Below, piece by piece: positions 25,491 through 37,515 of a stretch of 64,000 bases of DNA. The stretch comes from Felis catus (Eukaryota), in contig NC_058368.1 of assembly GCF_018350175.1 (NCBI RefSeq), positions 160,210,001 to 160,274,000 on the forward strand, given 5' to 3'. The first letter of the stretch is position 1. Every line of letters starts with the position of its first letter. Below the pieces are notes generated by a model. The model saw nothing but the letters and a program-made list of their open reading frames with translations. It made no database searches and was not told the origin of the DNA. The translations under genes were made by a program, and so were the position numbers.

Positions 25491-25726
25491 TGAGAACAAA
25501 CTGAGGGTTGATGGGGGGTGGGAGGGAGGGGAGGGGAGGGTGTGTGATGGGTATTGAGGAGGGCACCTTTTGGGATGAGCACTGGGTGTTGTATGGAAAC
25601 CAATTTGACAATGAACTTCATATATTGAAAAATAAATCAAAGCACAAATGTTACTTTAAAGGAGTTTCTTTAAAATAACTTTGTTTAATTTGAGATATTT
25701 TGTTTGAAATACATTCTCTTTCTAAA

Positions 25727-25777
25727 TTTTTCTCATTTCTTCTTTCTTTCTTTCCTCCCTTCCTTCTTCTTTTTTTT

Positions 25778-25837
<60 letters not shown>

Positions 25838-25865
25838 TTTTCTCTCTTTCTCTCTTTTTCCTTCC
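25727..25865. repeat. (TTTC)n / pyrimidine-rich microsatellite
   Basis: Directly visible. Confidence 0.95.
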
Positions 25866-26291
25866 TTATAGCCCAGGTTATACTAATCTTCCCTATGACA
25901 ATAATTTCTGTCTATTCTAGGCTATGCTGTAATGTTAAGTACTTTTGTTTAGCCTTAGTATTAACTGCAAGTTCTTACATATACAAAGACCACTTCAGTT
26001 ACTATATCCATATGACTAAGTTATAGTTCTGCATGGCTACAGTCCCTAAAAACTGTGTGGACTCACTAACACACCTAGAAATGTTCCACAGTGGACTTGG
26101 CTTTTTCTTCATTTATATACATGGTTTTGTTTAGATAAGTAACTTCCCTTTTAGAATCTAAGCTCATAAGACTACACTTACTTCCTTTGTGTCATTATTA
26201 AGCATCTCTTTTGTTCTAATTTACCAGTATGTGTAGGTTATAATGGGCTGTTTTGAGGACAGGCAGTTTTCATTTTGAGTAACAGGAAAAT

Positions 26292-26330
26292 ACACAGACA
26301 CACACACACACACACACACATACACACACA
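26292..26330. repeat. (CA)n microsatellite
   Basis: Directly visible. Confidence 0.93.
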
Positions 26331-26925
26331 ATGTTGGTGCAAATGTGCCTGAGTACGTATGTGTGTTTTAATATTTGCAGTTTTCATCTTTATTAATGTT
26401 ATGGATTCTCAGAGAGGCAATGAATGCAAAATATAAGCTGAATAAAGTTTTGTGGAGTTGTAGCCCAGGGATCTGATTCAGATTTTGTTGTTGTTGTTGT
26501 TCACATATATTTATGGCAGCTTACTTTTATTATAGCAAAAACAAACCAGTCCCCAAAAATTATGCCAAAAAGAAAAGCAACAGTAAAAACAAAACAATGC
26601 TACATATGTAGAATTAAGAGATTATCAATAAAATTATTCTATATGAAGTTAAAGACACTTATAAGGTGTTAAACCAGTATTTACAAATAATTTTGACATG
26701 CAAACTAAAAAAAAATACCATTAGTCAAAAATATCTAGTATGTTATTTTTCAAAAATGAAAGACAGGTACAGATTAGATTATTAATATTTGTTATTTCAG
26801 GGATAGCAAAATTATATTTATTTTAATTTTTTTTTACTTTGTGTATTTTTTACATAGAAAACATGTTTTTTATACTTGATACCAACCAACCTTATTAAGA
26901 TAATTTAGTTGTATTTATTTTATAG

Positions 26926-27113
26926 CTTCTTTCTTCAGTGTGGCCTCTTTTCTCCCTTTGTTTGTGGAGTTTATTCCATCAGTCTTCAGGTTGATTTTTT
27001 TGGGTTGATTTCTTCAGTTTGATTTCTCTACATGATCTGGTAGTTATCTAGTTGTTTTGTGGGCTCAACGAGCCTAGGATCTTCCTAGTCCACTGCCTTC
27101 TTCCTGTCCTCCT
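26926..27113 (-). mobile_element. Isolated 5'-terminal (5'UTR) fragment of an older carnivore L1
   Basis: Reverse complement: ggaggacaggaagaaggcagtggactaggaagatcctaggctc...aactagataacta...cctgaagactga...aactccacaa...gaggccacactgaagaa, colinear with the 5' start of the L1 at 19471. Confidence 0.7.
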
Positions 27114-27387
27114 GGTTCAGACGTTAGCTATAGAATTTAGGAAAGTCATCTGATTTCTCCTAGGTTTCTTCCTCCTACATGAAAAATATGTAATTTACGA
27201 AGTATAAATACTAGTATTACACAGTTAAAGGTAAAATAAAAATAAAAACATTTTATACAATTATCTTTTAAGTTTTGGTTTTAGAGAAGAGGATTTAGAA
27301 GATAAAAATAAAAAAAATCAATTTTAAGAGCTATCCTCTGCATATATTAAATGATTATTACATTTGTGGATTAAGATAGAGATAGTA

Positions 27388-28395
27388 CTTTTTTCCAGTT
27401 TTACTGAGAAATAATTGACATAAATCATTGTGTAAGTTTAAGGTGTATGGAATGATGGAATGATGGTTTGATTTACATATATTCTGGGATTACCATAGTA
27501 GGCTCAGGTAACATCCATCTTCTCATGTAGAAAAGAAAGAAATGAATAAAAGAAAAGAAAGAATAAAAAGAAAAAGAAAAAAAATCTGTTTGTGGTGAGA
27601 ACCATCAGGGTTTACTCTAACAAATCATGCAGCAGGGTTAACATTTGTTGTCATGTTGTACATTAAATTCCTAGTGCATATCTATCTTATAACTAGAAGT
27701 TTGTATGTTTTGACCATCTTCCTCCAATTCCCTCTCCCTCCACCTTCCACCACTGGTAATTGCAGTCCAATATCTTTTCCTATGAGTTTGCTTTTTTATT
27801 TTATTTTTTTAGATTCCACATATGAGTTATATAAAGTATTTATATAAAAATATATGTCTTTCTCTGAGTAATTTATTTAATATAATACCATCAACATCCA
27901 TCCATGTTGTCATAAATGGTAGAATATCCCTTTTTTTGCTGAATAATATTCTAAGATAAATATATATATCACAACTTCTTTATCCATTCATCTGTTAATG
28001 GACACTTAGGTTGTTTCCATGTCTTGGTTACTGTAAATAATGCTGTTATGAACATGGAGTGCAGGTATCTTTTCAACTTAGTGTTTTTATTTCTTTTGGA
28101 TATATTCCAATAAGTGGAATTGCTGGATCATATAATAGCTTAATTTTAATTTTTGAAGATCCTTCGTACTGTTTTCCATAGTGGCTTTACCAATTTATGA
28201 TTCCACCAATATCACACAAAGGTTTCCTTTTCTCCACATCCACCCCAGCATTTATTACCTCTTATCTTTCTGATAATGGCCATTCAAACAGGCACAAGGT
28301 GATATTTCACTGTGGTTTCAGTTTGCATTTCCCTAATGCCTTGTGATGTTGAGCGTCTTTTCATGTACCTCTTGGCCTTTCGTATTTCCTCTGTA
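27388..28395 (-). mobile_element. L1 3' end (L1MA9/L1_Carn-like)
   Basis: ttttccagttttactgagaaataattgacata...tagattccacatatgag...gtggaattgctggatcata...gttgagcgtcttttcatgtacct. Confidence 0.88.
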
Positions 28396-28488
28396 GGAGA
28401 GCTCCTCTGGCTACTTCTTTACAGTCCTGCTATGGTGTTTCATGGTTCTGATTCCTTTGATTTTAAGGGTCCCTCATATACTTCAGCA

Positions 28489-28900
28489 TGTCCTGACTCA
28501 GTTTGATTCCCATCAGAGCAGAACTGAAGGCAAGGACATGGGTGAGGCAGTTTATTTGTGAGATGATACCAGGATTCAAAAGTGAAGGAGTAAGGAGAGT
28601 AAGGAGGAAAAGAGCAGAAGTCAATGGAGATTGCTGCCTCAGGCCACGGGGGCTTGGACTACGACAAGTCCGTCTGGGAAACAGGAAGTTGTTGATCTAG
28701 TCCTGTCTGCTGCTTGAAGGTTGTGTTAACTACCCACATCTACTCGGTTTTGCTTGTAGGCAGATTTGGTGCCCTCCCACGATGGTGAAAAAGATTCTGG
28801 GACTTGGGAAGAACCTTGAAGTGTCAGGTGTCTGAATTCTGTCCCACAATTCTAGGTTAAAGAGGAATGTGACACAGGGCCAAGAGGCATTTTGTGCATA
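28489..28900. mobile_element. Ancient MaLR LTR (MLT1I/L-like)
   Basis: cagagcagaactgaaggcaaggacatgggtgaggcagtttatttgtgagatgataccagga motif; far end uncertain. Confidence 0.55.
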
Positions 28901-29177
28901 CTCCCCTGAAGAAATCAGGGGTTCCAGATTGGTGCTTCTGTGAAGGAATGTGCCCAAGCAGGTCTATTTTTGGTGAAGAAAAGATTGAGAGCCCTGGTTT
29001 TCAATCTGTTGTCCTTGGAGTTCCTCCTGAAGGTGTGGGACAAAGAAAAGAAATATGTTCAGACTTTAACCTATTACCTTTATTCAATGAAATGGATTTA
29101 GTTCAAATTTGTCTAGTATACATATTGAACTTCTGAATGAGCTCTTGTTCTGAAGCTAGGAAAATTTTTGAAAACCA

Positions 29178-29360
29178 TGGAGAGTGGTGATTAAGAGTGT
29201 AGACTTAGGCTATAAGGTTGGGCTTCACCACCTAGTAACCAAATGATGTCAGGGAAGTTACTGAAGCCTCAGTTTTCATATCCTGTGACATTTCATTGTG
29301 AAGATGATTTGAAGGCAGGAAAAGGCTTAGCATGGGCCTAGCATAGTGTTAATTGCACTG
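29178..29360 (+). mobile_element. MIR
   Basis: gtgattaagagtgtagac...gggaagttactgaagcctcagttttc...gcttagcatgggcctagcatagt. Confidence 0.7.
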
Positions 29361-30314
29361 TGGGATTAAACTGGATAAGAAGCTTTGAGCAAGGGAGACA
29401 CATGAAAGGCCTGGCAACCTGGTATGGCTCTAAGGCAGGCAAAAAGAGAAGGAGAAATTTTACTATTAGGAGTTGTACACTTTGCCTAGGAATGACACTG
29501 ATAATGGGTGTCTAAGCATTAGAGGTACTGAAGAATTTTAAGCTTGAAAAAGCCAAAGTTGAAAATTTATATGTACATTATGCATTTGAAAATTTTACAG
29601 CTTTTTAATAATACAATTAGATTCCACTGCTTTCTTCAAACATTATCATCATTTTAAAGTTCAGATCTCTGCACACTTTCTTGTGTAGCTTCCTGTTTAG
29701 AGCAGGTGGAGTTGGTGTGTGTTGATGGTTATGCAGTTATTCCATAATATTGATTAAATCTTTTTGGCTCTGAATATGTATTTAGCATACTAGCTTTCAT
29801 TTCATACCAATTGTAATCCCATCTGAACCAAATTAGAGGATAAATTAATATGCTACATATGCAAACTCATTTGGACAAAATGGCTAAAAAGATTATTTTT
29901 TGAATACTGATATCAGACCTGAATATTTAATGTTGCTTTAAAATTTTTATTCTTCTAATTTAATTTTTGAATGTCTCTTTTATTTTTCTCATACTTTGGG
30001 AGAGTAGCCATAATTTCTATCTCCTAGGTCTTTTGTGTTAATTGTAAGTTTCTTTTATAAGGAAGTAAAACACTATTTAAATTAAACAAAATTATTGAAT
30101 GTGTCTTCCTCAAATGGAGCAATACCTATAAAGTAAATTTTATTATGTGTTTTCATTAAAGAGATTAATAGGCATATAGTTAACTACTTTTGTAAGTGGG
30201 GATGGTTTTATAAATAATGAAGACTTGAATTGCTAGTTGATAGAGTTCCTCACTCTTCTATACCACTCATACTCATACAATACATTAGCTATTACATATA
30301 TACATCTAATCTTT

Positions 30315-30485
30315 GCAGTTTTTTCTTTGTTATCTCATTAATACAACATTCTATGCAGTAGGTGTTACTTACCTGTATTTAAAAGAGGCAGTTAAGTCAC
30401 ACAAAATAATTAGCTCAATGTCACAATGATAGTATGTGACAAAGAAGAAATTAGTACCTAACTCTGTTTGAGTTCTAAGCAGTGA
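30315..30485 (-). mobile_element. MIR (degenerate)
   Basis: ttatctcatt...ctatgcagtaggtgttact...gctcaatgtcaca...tctgtttgagttctaagc. Confidence 0.5.
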
Positions 30486-30692
30486 TTGTGGTATGTATCT
30501 TCAAAAGAGATTCAATTTGCAAACCAACTTCAATATTTTGGAGGGTCATTTTGTTATAGATATTCAGACTTAATGAACATCCTGTGACTTTATTCCAAGA
30601 TGATTTATTCCTAATATGAAAAGAAATCTCAACCAGTCAATATATCAGTTTCAGAACAATTTTTAAACCAGAGCATCTTAAGATATTCTGTA

Positions 30693-30900
30693 TTTCACTT
30701 ATTCCTTAAGTGACCATCTGTTAAGTACTTCCTGCATCAGGAGCTGTGTGATTGCTGGGAATATGGAGATGAGGGATGTATCTTGTGCCATACTGGGTTT
30801 CATAGTGTAGTGAAGGATATAGATAAGAAAGGGACCAAACCACTGTATAGCAGGTGGCAATCCCTCTGATAGAGGAATAAACAAAGTATTATAAGACAGG
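30693..30900 (-). mobile_element. L2 3' fragment
   Basis: ttcacttattcc...ttaagtacttcct...gctgggaatatggagatga. Confidence 0.55.
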
Positions 30901-31561
30901 ATATGAAAAATTATTTTCCAAAGGCAGCAATGTGGGTGATTCAGTCTATTTGAAGGGCCATATGAGTGTCCTGGGTGGGGAGTGTCACCATAAAGCAGTC
31001 ATAAGGTTGAGAAAAATTATGGGGCAATAATTCATGTCACTTCTCCTGGCTAATCCAAGGGGATTGATGGAAGGCACTCACCAGATAGCAGCTAGAACAG
31101 GTGTTTCTTTATGACCGGACAAGTGACGGATGGTTTAGGCTTTGCTTCTACTTGCATAAATTTCCCTGGTGCGAACTCTGGATGGGACCGAAATCTCTTT
31201 TTCTTCTTCCCACTTATTCCCCTGCTCCCCAAGTTCCCCAGCAGACTTAGTGGCTTAGCAGAATAATTAAAACCAACCCAACTCCCCTTTTCCCTCCAGG
31301 CACATGATTTCCACCTGACCTCCTGAAGAAAGGCTCATCTGATATTTCCTCAAACTTTTTTCTGGACAATTTTTTGACAAAAACATACCAGTGCTGAGAT
31401 TCCTTCAGTTCCTCTCCTTCAGACTCCAGGAGTTATTTTTCCTATCAACCAAAACATGCATCTTGCAAATCAAAGTCACCACATTTGAGACTTGCTTGTG
31501 ATAATGGCTCCAGAAGTCTATTTGGTGGATGCCTCTGATGGGTACTAACAACAGAAGGAAA

Positions 31562-31738
31562 GGAGCACCTGGGTGGCTCAGTCAGTTAAGCCTCTGACTA
31601 TTGATTTCAGCTCAGGTCATGATCTTCTTTTTCATTGGGCTCTGCACTGCCAGAGCAGAGCCTACTTGGATTTTTCTCTCTCATTCACTCTCTGCCCCTC
31701 CTCTCTCTCTAAACAAATAAATAATCATTTAAAAATAT
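31562..31738 (+). mobile_element. Can-SINE with short internal deletion
   Basis: TSD aacagaaggaaag at 31550-31562 and 31739-31751. Confidence 0.9.
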
Positions 31739-31984
31739 AACAGAAGGAAAGAGCAACAGAACTACAAATATTTCATTTTCTATCTTAGGAAAATGATTTC
31801 TGTACATAATTTAGAAAATCAAATAGTTTTACAAGGCAAATGATGAAATACAGTAGTCCCTTGCTCTTTCCCTCACCACTCCCAGGTTTTTCTCTGCAGG
31901 TGCAACCATTTTCAGCTCTCTTAGCTAGTCCTTTTGACATTTGCCTCTTTTAAAAGAACTTGCTTGGTTTTCAGTTTTATGTAT

Positions 31985-32463
31985 TGTGATTGGCAGAGTA
32001 ACGGCCCCCAAATATGTCTACATCCTAGTCTCCAGAAATCATGAATATGTTGTGAGTGGCAAGGGACAGGTAAGGTAATGAATGGAATTACAGGTGCTAA
32101 TCAGCTGGCCTTAAGAAAAGGAGGTAAATCTGGGTGGGCCTAATGTAATCAGTTTCCTTTAAATGTGGAAGAGGGTCCCGAAGGTTCTGTGTTAGAGTGG
32201 TGTGGTGTGAGAAAGATAAATGGCTGGTGCTGGCTTTGAGGCTGGAGGATTGAGGCCAAGTCTAGAAACTGGGAAATGCAAGGAAACTGATTTTTCCCTA
32301 GAATCTCCAGGGAAAAAGCACTGACCAGCTGCACACCTTGGTTTTAGCACAGTGAAACCCATTTTGGACTTGTGAGCTCCAGAACTGTAAGTTAGCAAAT
32401 TAATGTTTTTTAAGCTGCTGAATTTGTAGTAATTTGTTTCAATAGCAGTCGGAAATCAAAACA
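31985..32463 (+). mobile_element. MaLR solo LTR (MLT1D-like)
   Basis: ggcagagtaacggcccccaaa...gctaatcagctggcctt...gggtgggcctaatgtaatc...ctccagaactgtaag...gtaatttgtt...aca. Confidence 0.88.
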
Positions 32464-32689
32464 GATGTTATCTGTGAATTTCATACTATGAAACATAAGA
32501 ATTTAATTTTCTTTCCTTTTCCTGGCTCAGTGTTTTCAGTAGGGATACATCACAATATTGGTTATATTTAAATTAAGTGTTTATATTTTTAGGTCCATTT
32601 TATACGTTTCTCAGGTGAACTGTATCTTGGACAAATGCTAATTTTCCCTGTAGCATTGCAGCAATTTGTGTTTGCTAGGTTTTGAAATA

Positions 32690-33330
32690 CCGGTAGCTTC
32701 CTAAGAAAGGGCAAATGGGAAGTACTTTTTTGAGGCCTGTAGTGTGTGAAATGTCTTCGTGCTGTTTTCATATTTGATGGATACTTAGCTGGATATAGAA
32801 TTCTATGTTGAAAGAAAGATGTATTTTTTTGTGTATATTTTGAATCCATTGTTTCAGTCTGCATTGGTCTTTTGTATTTATTGTTGTTTGTCTCCTTTGC
32901 TTTTAGCCCTTAAATAATGATACAACACACCTACAGAAAACAATAGCAAGTGTGTCTTACAACAGATATTTTAAAGTGATAATAGTATAACCACCACTTG
33001 GGTCAATAAATAGTACATTGCTGGCTCCAAGGCAGTCTCTGTATATCCCTTTTTGATTTTACTACTTTCTCCTCTAAAGACAATCATTCTCTGGATATAT
33101 TTGTTAATTATTCTGTTTTATTTGTGTTTTTACTGCCTATGAATGCTTTTCTAAATATATTTCAGTTTTTCCCACTTTTTGAAGTTGCTATCAGCAGATA
33201 GTGATTATACATAATTGTGTGGGTCTTACTACTTTGCCAAATATTATGATCATTAGATATATCCATGTTGTTATAAGAGGGTGCATTTCGTCCGTTTCAT
33301 TTCTGTGAGAGTGTGCCACGGCTTTGCTTA
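32690..33330 (-). mobile_element. Very old L1/HAL1-like fragments
   Basis: gctggatatagaattcta motif; L1ME-like 3' motifs (atatatccatgttgtt). Confidence 0.45.
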
Positions 33331-36300
33331 GACTGCAGTTTACTTTTATTTTGTGATTGGTGGGTCTTTGGGATTTTTTCCATGTCCATCCTCCTTTTAG
33401 TCTCCAAATTGCTGTTTACTTTGTTGTTGACCTTTCTTAAGTCTTTTTAGTTGTCTATCTTAAAATCCCTTATGGCTTTTTTTTTCTTTTTAATGATATT
33501 TTACTTTTATTTTCATGGGTGGGTTAGGGGGAAAGGGTTGGGAGGTAAATTCTATGTTTAAATGAAGCCAGGATTGTTATATGAAGATAATATCTGTACT
33601 GTAGCTATGGAAATTATTTTAAATATTTTTTTATGCACTTGAATTGACTCATTCTTTCTGCTGTCATAAAACCAGACTGACAATCTGGAGATTATGTTGA
33701 AGTGACATTTTGCAAAACCTAAAATGATGATTTGGTTGGTTAAGGAGGATATCTTAATATGTTTGATGTAAGGATTCTTTTGCACAAAGAGAATGGAGAT
33801 AGCTGCGTCTGTAAGAGGCAGGGCAACTACAAATGAATTAAAACTTGCTTTGGAATTTGTAATACCTTCTAATCCTCCAATATCTCTTTTCCTTAATGCT
33901 CCCTTTAGAAAGACTAGCTAGAATGATCCTTTGTTCACAAAGAAATACACATTTGGCAATGGTAAATAGAAAGAAATAAAATGGTGAGTTAAAAATGTTT
34001 TTGATATTCTCTGACCTGCAGTGCATTTCAGTATCCCCTGCTTCAAGTAAACAGGCAGATAGTTCTTATTTTGAGCATTGTACCTCAACAGAGCTGAGCA
34101 TACACAATGGCCAGTGGATATTTTGGCCATAGGTAGTCATGATATTTGAGTACAGACCCAGATAGAATCATATTCAATGAAACTGTAAAATAGGGTGTCT
34201 TGTTTCTAGGCAGTAGCACACAGCAAAAGGGGGAATATAGGTAATTAAATGCAAGTGATATAAACACATACTGTATTCTCAGTGCTAAATATAATTATAT
34301 CACATGTATCACAAATGGAAAGTTTTATTTCAAAAAGCACAACCTAATTATTTATAAAGCTCTTTTTTTAACTCCAATGATGACCTGGATGATTACAGTT
34401 TAAAGAAGCTGTATTTAACAGTGTTTTTCTATGTAAAGAGTGTTTTGTTTATCAGTTCATTAAAATGACTGTAAAACACTATTTCCTCTTCCAGGTTATA
34501 TGGGATAATGGTAAATACACCTGCCTTATTGTATGTTAAAAAATACATATAAATAAAAAAGCAGTTATGTTAAGGAAGTGGAATCATAACCATGAGGGAT
34601 TTTACCTATGACGTAGTGGTGTTGCAAAGACAATTTCTATGGTGTCTTACACTGTCTGATCTTCAAAGGAGGGTATTGTCGTATTATTTGACAGAAAAAT
34701 GAGGTTATATGGAATCGTGCTACTTCTGTAAGAGACCCTGAACTTTCATTTTTTTGTTATGAATGAAGCATTTTTCAGAAATTGGCAATGATTTTTCTAA
34801 AGCAGAAATCTTTTTTTCTTGGAGCGTTTTAGTTAACTCCATTATGATCCCTACTAGAGCACAGACTTCTTTTCTTTCTTTATATATTTTTTTGGTAAAT
34901 AGATCTAGCATTCCTGTGGAGAACAGAAGGTGGCACTCTGCCTTCTATCTTGTGATATTTTCCACTTGAATGTTTATTTTAATTCTTCTCTGTTAAGATT
35001 CAGAACAGCACTCTGTTGGCGAGTTGATTGTTTCTTTGTGGTTAATGACCACTTTTGCACTTATCAAAAGGCAGGGACACATTCCGTGAAGTGTAATACC
35101 AAATGAGGCACCACTGTCATTGACAATTCAACAGTAAACAGTGGTTAAAGTTTGACAAGGTCCCTTACAGTTTACTTGCCCATATGAGCAACTTGTCTCC
35201 TGAATGATCTCCTCTCCATTCTGTTTTATAGACATGGGTAATAATAATAATAATAATAAAACAAAAACACAACAAAAAATCCATTTAGGTGTATAAACAC
35301 TTGGGAAAGATTTAATATTACCAGTTCCACATATACTGAAATTGAGGGTTGATTAAATGAGCATATAGTGATGTAGTCAGTGACCTTTGAGCCAGTTGTC
35401 AAATTAAACTTCTTGTTTAACTTAAATCTTGTTTTATTTCCTTATGCTTGCCCTCATGTTGGCTAGTTCACATGAGTAAAGTTGAGATTACCTCATGGAT
35501 GGCAATTAAAATCAATTCAATATCTTTACTTTGTATATATGGTACACTGTTTTCCAAAGGCATGAAAGCAGTTAAAGATACTCATCAAGTATTTTCAAAA
35601 TGATGTTACTTTTTAGGGAGAATTAATGTATTCTATTTGGGGTTTTTTGAAGGTCAATTCTTTAATTATGCATATAAAACAGACCTAACAGATTTTCCAA
35701 ATGATACCATTTTAGGCTTCATTATTACATAAATTTTTAAAAATAATGCTTCACCTTTTATATTACTGTCCCTAAATGAGTATATTTGAATTACAAACAT
35801 GATTGTGTCTGTTAAATATATAAACTATTAGGACATAAGTGTTGGGAAGTTGTTGGTTTTTTTTAAAACTGGAGTTCTATAACTTGGTTTTATTTTTTAA
35901 TGTTCTGGTATTAGTGTGGATCCCCAAAATTGGCTCTGCTCACCTCTTCGGTATGGCTTTTGGAAATGTGGACCTAGCTGAAGATCATTGGGAAACTGTG
36001 TTTTTTAAGAGCTGACTAGGCATCTAGCACAATTCTGCTGTCCATATCCCAGATAGTTGTAGTGCTATTTGAGTGGCAGCACTCCTTTTCACCTGATAAT
36101 TTAAGACTTAAGCCTTGCACTCTTATAAAAGCATATCTGTCAAGGAAGTAAACCAAAGCTCATAAAGTGTTCACTGTTTTATAAAAACTAGATAAAAAAA
36201 AATTGTTCCAATTGCTAGTAAGATAAAGGAATAGCAAAGTTTGGTTGTAACAACCATACCCAGAGACAGATGCTTGGATGTCTTGATACTCCTCTGTCTC

Positions 36301-36692
36301 CTATCTTTATTTGCTACACAGATCTTATCTGTGAACCCTCTTTCTGTAGTTGAACAAATAGAATGACTGGCCTATACAGAATCTTTACAAAATCTAACCC
36401 CCCAGGATAACTGAGATGTGACTCAATCTTTGAATTGAGAATTTGAAAGTTACGAAGTCCAGGGACCAATCTGTAACTTTTTATTATATTGGGATCAGGG
36501 GCATCTATACAAGATAGGTATAGATATTCCCAGTTAGAGGGCCAGTGACATTTTGCAGGGATTCTGGAAACAGTAGATGTGGCTATGTAGCTAGTAGTAC
36601 AGGTATCTTGCCTGAATCTAGCAGCAGTATCCTCCAGGAATGAAGTCATGAGTCCTAGGAAAGATTGCTAATAAAAACATAGAAGTTTTGTA

Positions 36693-36878
36693 GCAAGGCT
36701 CAGCAAACTTGTACTAAGTGTTTCTGGGTCAATTGGCAAATTAAGGATATTATATAGCTATTTGTATAACAATTTAAAATGTGATCATTTCAACACATAA
36801 AAATCTTTCTTAACAGACTGTACAAAAATAGGCAGCAGGCCTGACTTAGTTTGCAGGTCATAGTTTGTTCATCTTTAC
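36693..36878. mobile_element. hAT-Charlie MITE (MER58-like)
   Basis: caaggctcagcaaact ... tacaaaaataggcagcaggcctgac...atagtttgtt degenerate terminal inverted repeats. Confidence 0.65.
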
Positions 36879-37295
36879 CAGATTCAAAGATTTTGTGCCA
36901 TGTGTACTGTTTTAAAAAATCCAGAATAGCTTCGAAAATATTTGGTTGGTCGGCTGGATTGGAGCAACGACATGCTCACAGGTCTACTGTTTGTCTGAAT
37001 TTGTAGAAGAACAGTAGCTGACAAAACAGATGAAAAGTTTGATTTGGTTGATTTTTCCTTCAGTATTGAGGACAAAATTACATCTGGTAAACATAAAGTC
37101 AGGTCCTCAACAATCAAATGGCATTTATTTAAACTATTATGGAAATGTCAGAATCCCACGAGAAAGGAAGCCTCACTCCTGCAGATAGTTTCTGATGTTT
37201 TACAATTTTATGCTTGGGAAAGAATCTGATGTAGTTTAATAAGTTGAATCATTCAGGAAAACTTAAAATGCTGCTTACTGAAAAGGAAAAAATAT

Positions 37296-37515
37296 GGGGA
37301 TGCCTGTGTGGCTTAGTCAGAGAAGGGTTGAACTCTTGATTTCGGCTCAGGTTCTCACGGTTCATGAGATCGAGCCCCATATTGGCTCTGCATTGACAGC
37401 ACAGAGCCTGCTTGGGATTCTATTTCCCCTCTGTCTCTGCCCCTGCCACACTCACTCTCTCTTGTGCACACTATCTCAAAATAAATAAATAAACATTAAA
37501 AAATTAAAAGAAAAG
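37296..37515 (+). mobile_element. Can-SINE (older)
   Basis: TSD aaaaggaaaaa(a)tat at 37281-37295 and ~37516-37529. Confidence 0.9.

Larger units (their letters stand above)
19461..25633 (+). mobile_element. Full-length felid LINE-1 (L1_Fc-like), inactivated
   Basis: GC-rich 5'UTR starting gaggaagatggcggcgtagg, ORF1, ORF2, G-rich 3'UTR, AATAAA; TSD aaatcaaagcaca at 19448-19460 and 25634-25646. Confidence 0.98.

Noticed and set aside
36990..37229. Coding-looking stretch (RTVADKTDEKFDLVDFSFSIEDKITSG) as a possible exon
   Set aside because: Weak splice signals and no recognisable protein similarity
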